Assembly: GCA_010093605.1 (NCBI GenBank)
Contig: MU004187.1
Coordinates: 744,001-808,000, forward strand
Length of the DNA: 64,000 nt
From: Lophium mytilinum
Lineage: Eukaryota
Direction: 5' to 3'
The notes under the pieces: generated by a model
The model's input: the letters and a program-made list of their open reading frames with translations, nothing else
What the model was told of the DNA's origin: nothing
The model's database searches: none
Translations under genes and position numbers: made by a program
Part shown: piece after piece, positions 62,892 to 64,000 of the stretch
Numbering within the stretch: the stretch's first letter is position 1
Layout of the letters: every line of letters starts with the position of its first letter

Positions 62892-64000
62892 ATGTGGAGC
62901 ACAGTTGTTACGAAGGCGGCAAACTGCATCAATGGTGGATCGAGTTTCTAGATGAGGGTGACAGCAAGTGGTCCAGTGGGTAGAGCTTGAGGAGTGGTGT
63001 TTCTCAATTACTCTGACGTTTGTGATGCCAATTGACAAAATGTATTGCAGTTTGATAGTCTATAGATAGATAAATAAGCATGGGAAGCCGTGCATTTTGG
63101 AGACAGCCCAGAATACATCCACGCGATCGATCAAATATCTAGCTCTTATGAAACACACAGTCATCTCGTACCATACTTCATTGCTTTTGTCTAATCATAA
63201 GGAACAGAGACACATCAAATACCATCAAACTCATTCACAGACGAGATGCCCACTGTGGTCGAGGCCATCGTACAGATTGCGAGGTTATACATGAGTTCGT
63301 TCCAGATCGATTCTCGTTCTTCAGCTTTTCGTGGACAATCAAAAACTACGCCCATATCTATATAAACGCCAAATCGGCAGAAAAAACCTTTCTCCTAAAG
63401 CTTCAGGAGAAGAAACTAGACAAACGCCAGAAGATCAGAAACTAGTCAGCGTATCTTGAAACTCTAATTATTTGGGGCTGCGATCTGGGTGACGTCAGCA
63501 AAGTTGTTAGCTGGTATGGCATAGAAAAAGCATCAGCCGGGTGGGTGCACGGTGCACCGACTGGCCAGTCCCAGCCCGAGGCTAAAGCTTTCCAAAGGTA
63601 TTTATTGCTCAACTCGATACAAGCCGCGCACAAGGTAGACATCAAAGCTGTTGTCGTAGTTCTTCTAGACCACACACACAAGATCAATACGCATCTTCAC
63701 CTATTCTGTAAGTGTTTCTCGTCCTAATGCTTGGTGTGAGCCGCGTTTCTCCCCCGCACACCACAGGCGCGAGGGCAGCTTTTGTCCATCAAGCCAGGTC
63801 TTTCGCTCCAGCAGCACTGAATGGCTTCTCGCCTGATCCTTGGCTAACGCTGATGCTCAGCTTGTAGGCACGACGTGGCAATGGCGAGACGTCAGCGCAA
63901 ACAGTCACGTACCGGAGGAAGCGCTGGTGGCGTTCCGCACCCTCAATCATCCAACTCCCATCTTCGTCAACAGCCCGGGTTTCTCTCAGATGCTAGCACC

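Overview
Eukaryotic DNA from a filamentous ascomycete (short GT-AG introns with CTRAC/CTAAC branch sites; Pezizomycotina gene families). The six-frame ORF track therefore fragments most genes, and I rebuilt the gene models by hand. Conserved metabolic genes: a sugar/quinate permease, an Ldh_2-type dehydrogenase, an APH-like phosphotransferase, a DUF2985-like membrane protein, an alpha/beta-hydrolase-Cys phosphatase fusion, a dihydroxy-acid dehydratase, a sirtuin, a 2OG-Fe(II) dioxygenase with a divergent MFS permease, and a Zn-finger-TenA protein. These are interleaved with fast-evolving material. (1) Three paralogous atypical kinases carry a short HMG-box-like module at the N- and/or C-terminus, always split by a phase-1 intron at the equivalent position, and share an upstream CCGTTTGCG/ACAAAG motif. 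(2) One of these kinases contains a 202-nt hairpin intron absent from its paralog (introner-like). (3) A tandem array of four intact, highly diverged genes of an unrecognised family shares three intron positions (53-63 kb). (4) A two-gene family shares an EYWxYWP motif. (5) Several pseudogenes carry in-frame TAA/TAG stops. No RNA genes, intact transposons or CRISPR arrays were seen. All family assignments come from motif recognition by eye, not database searches.
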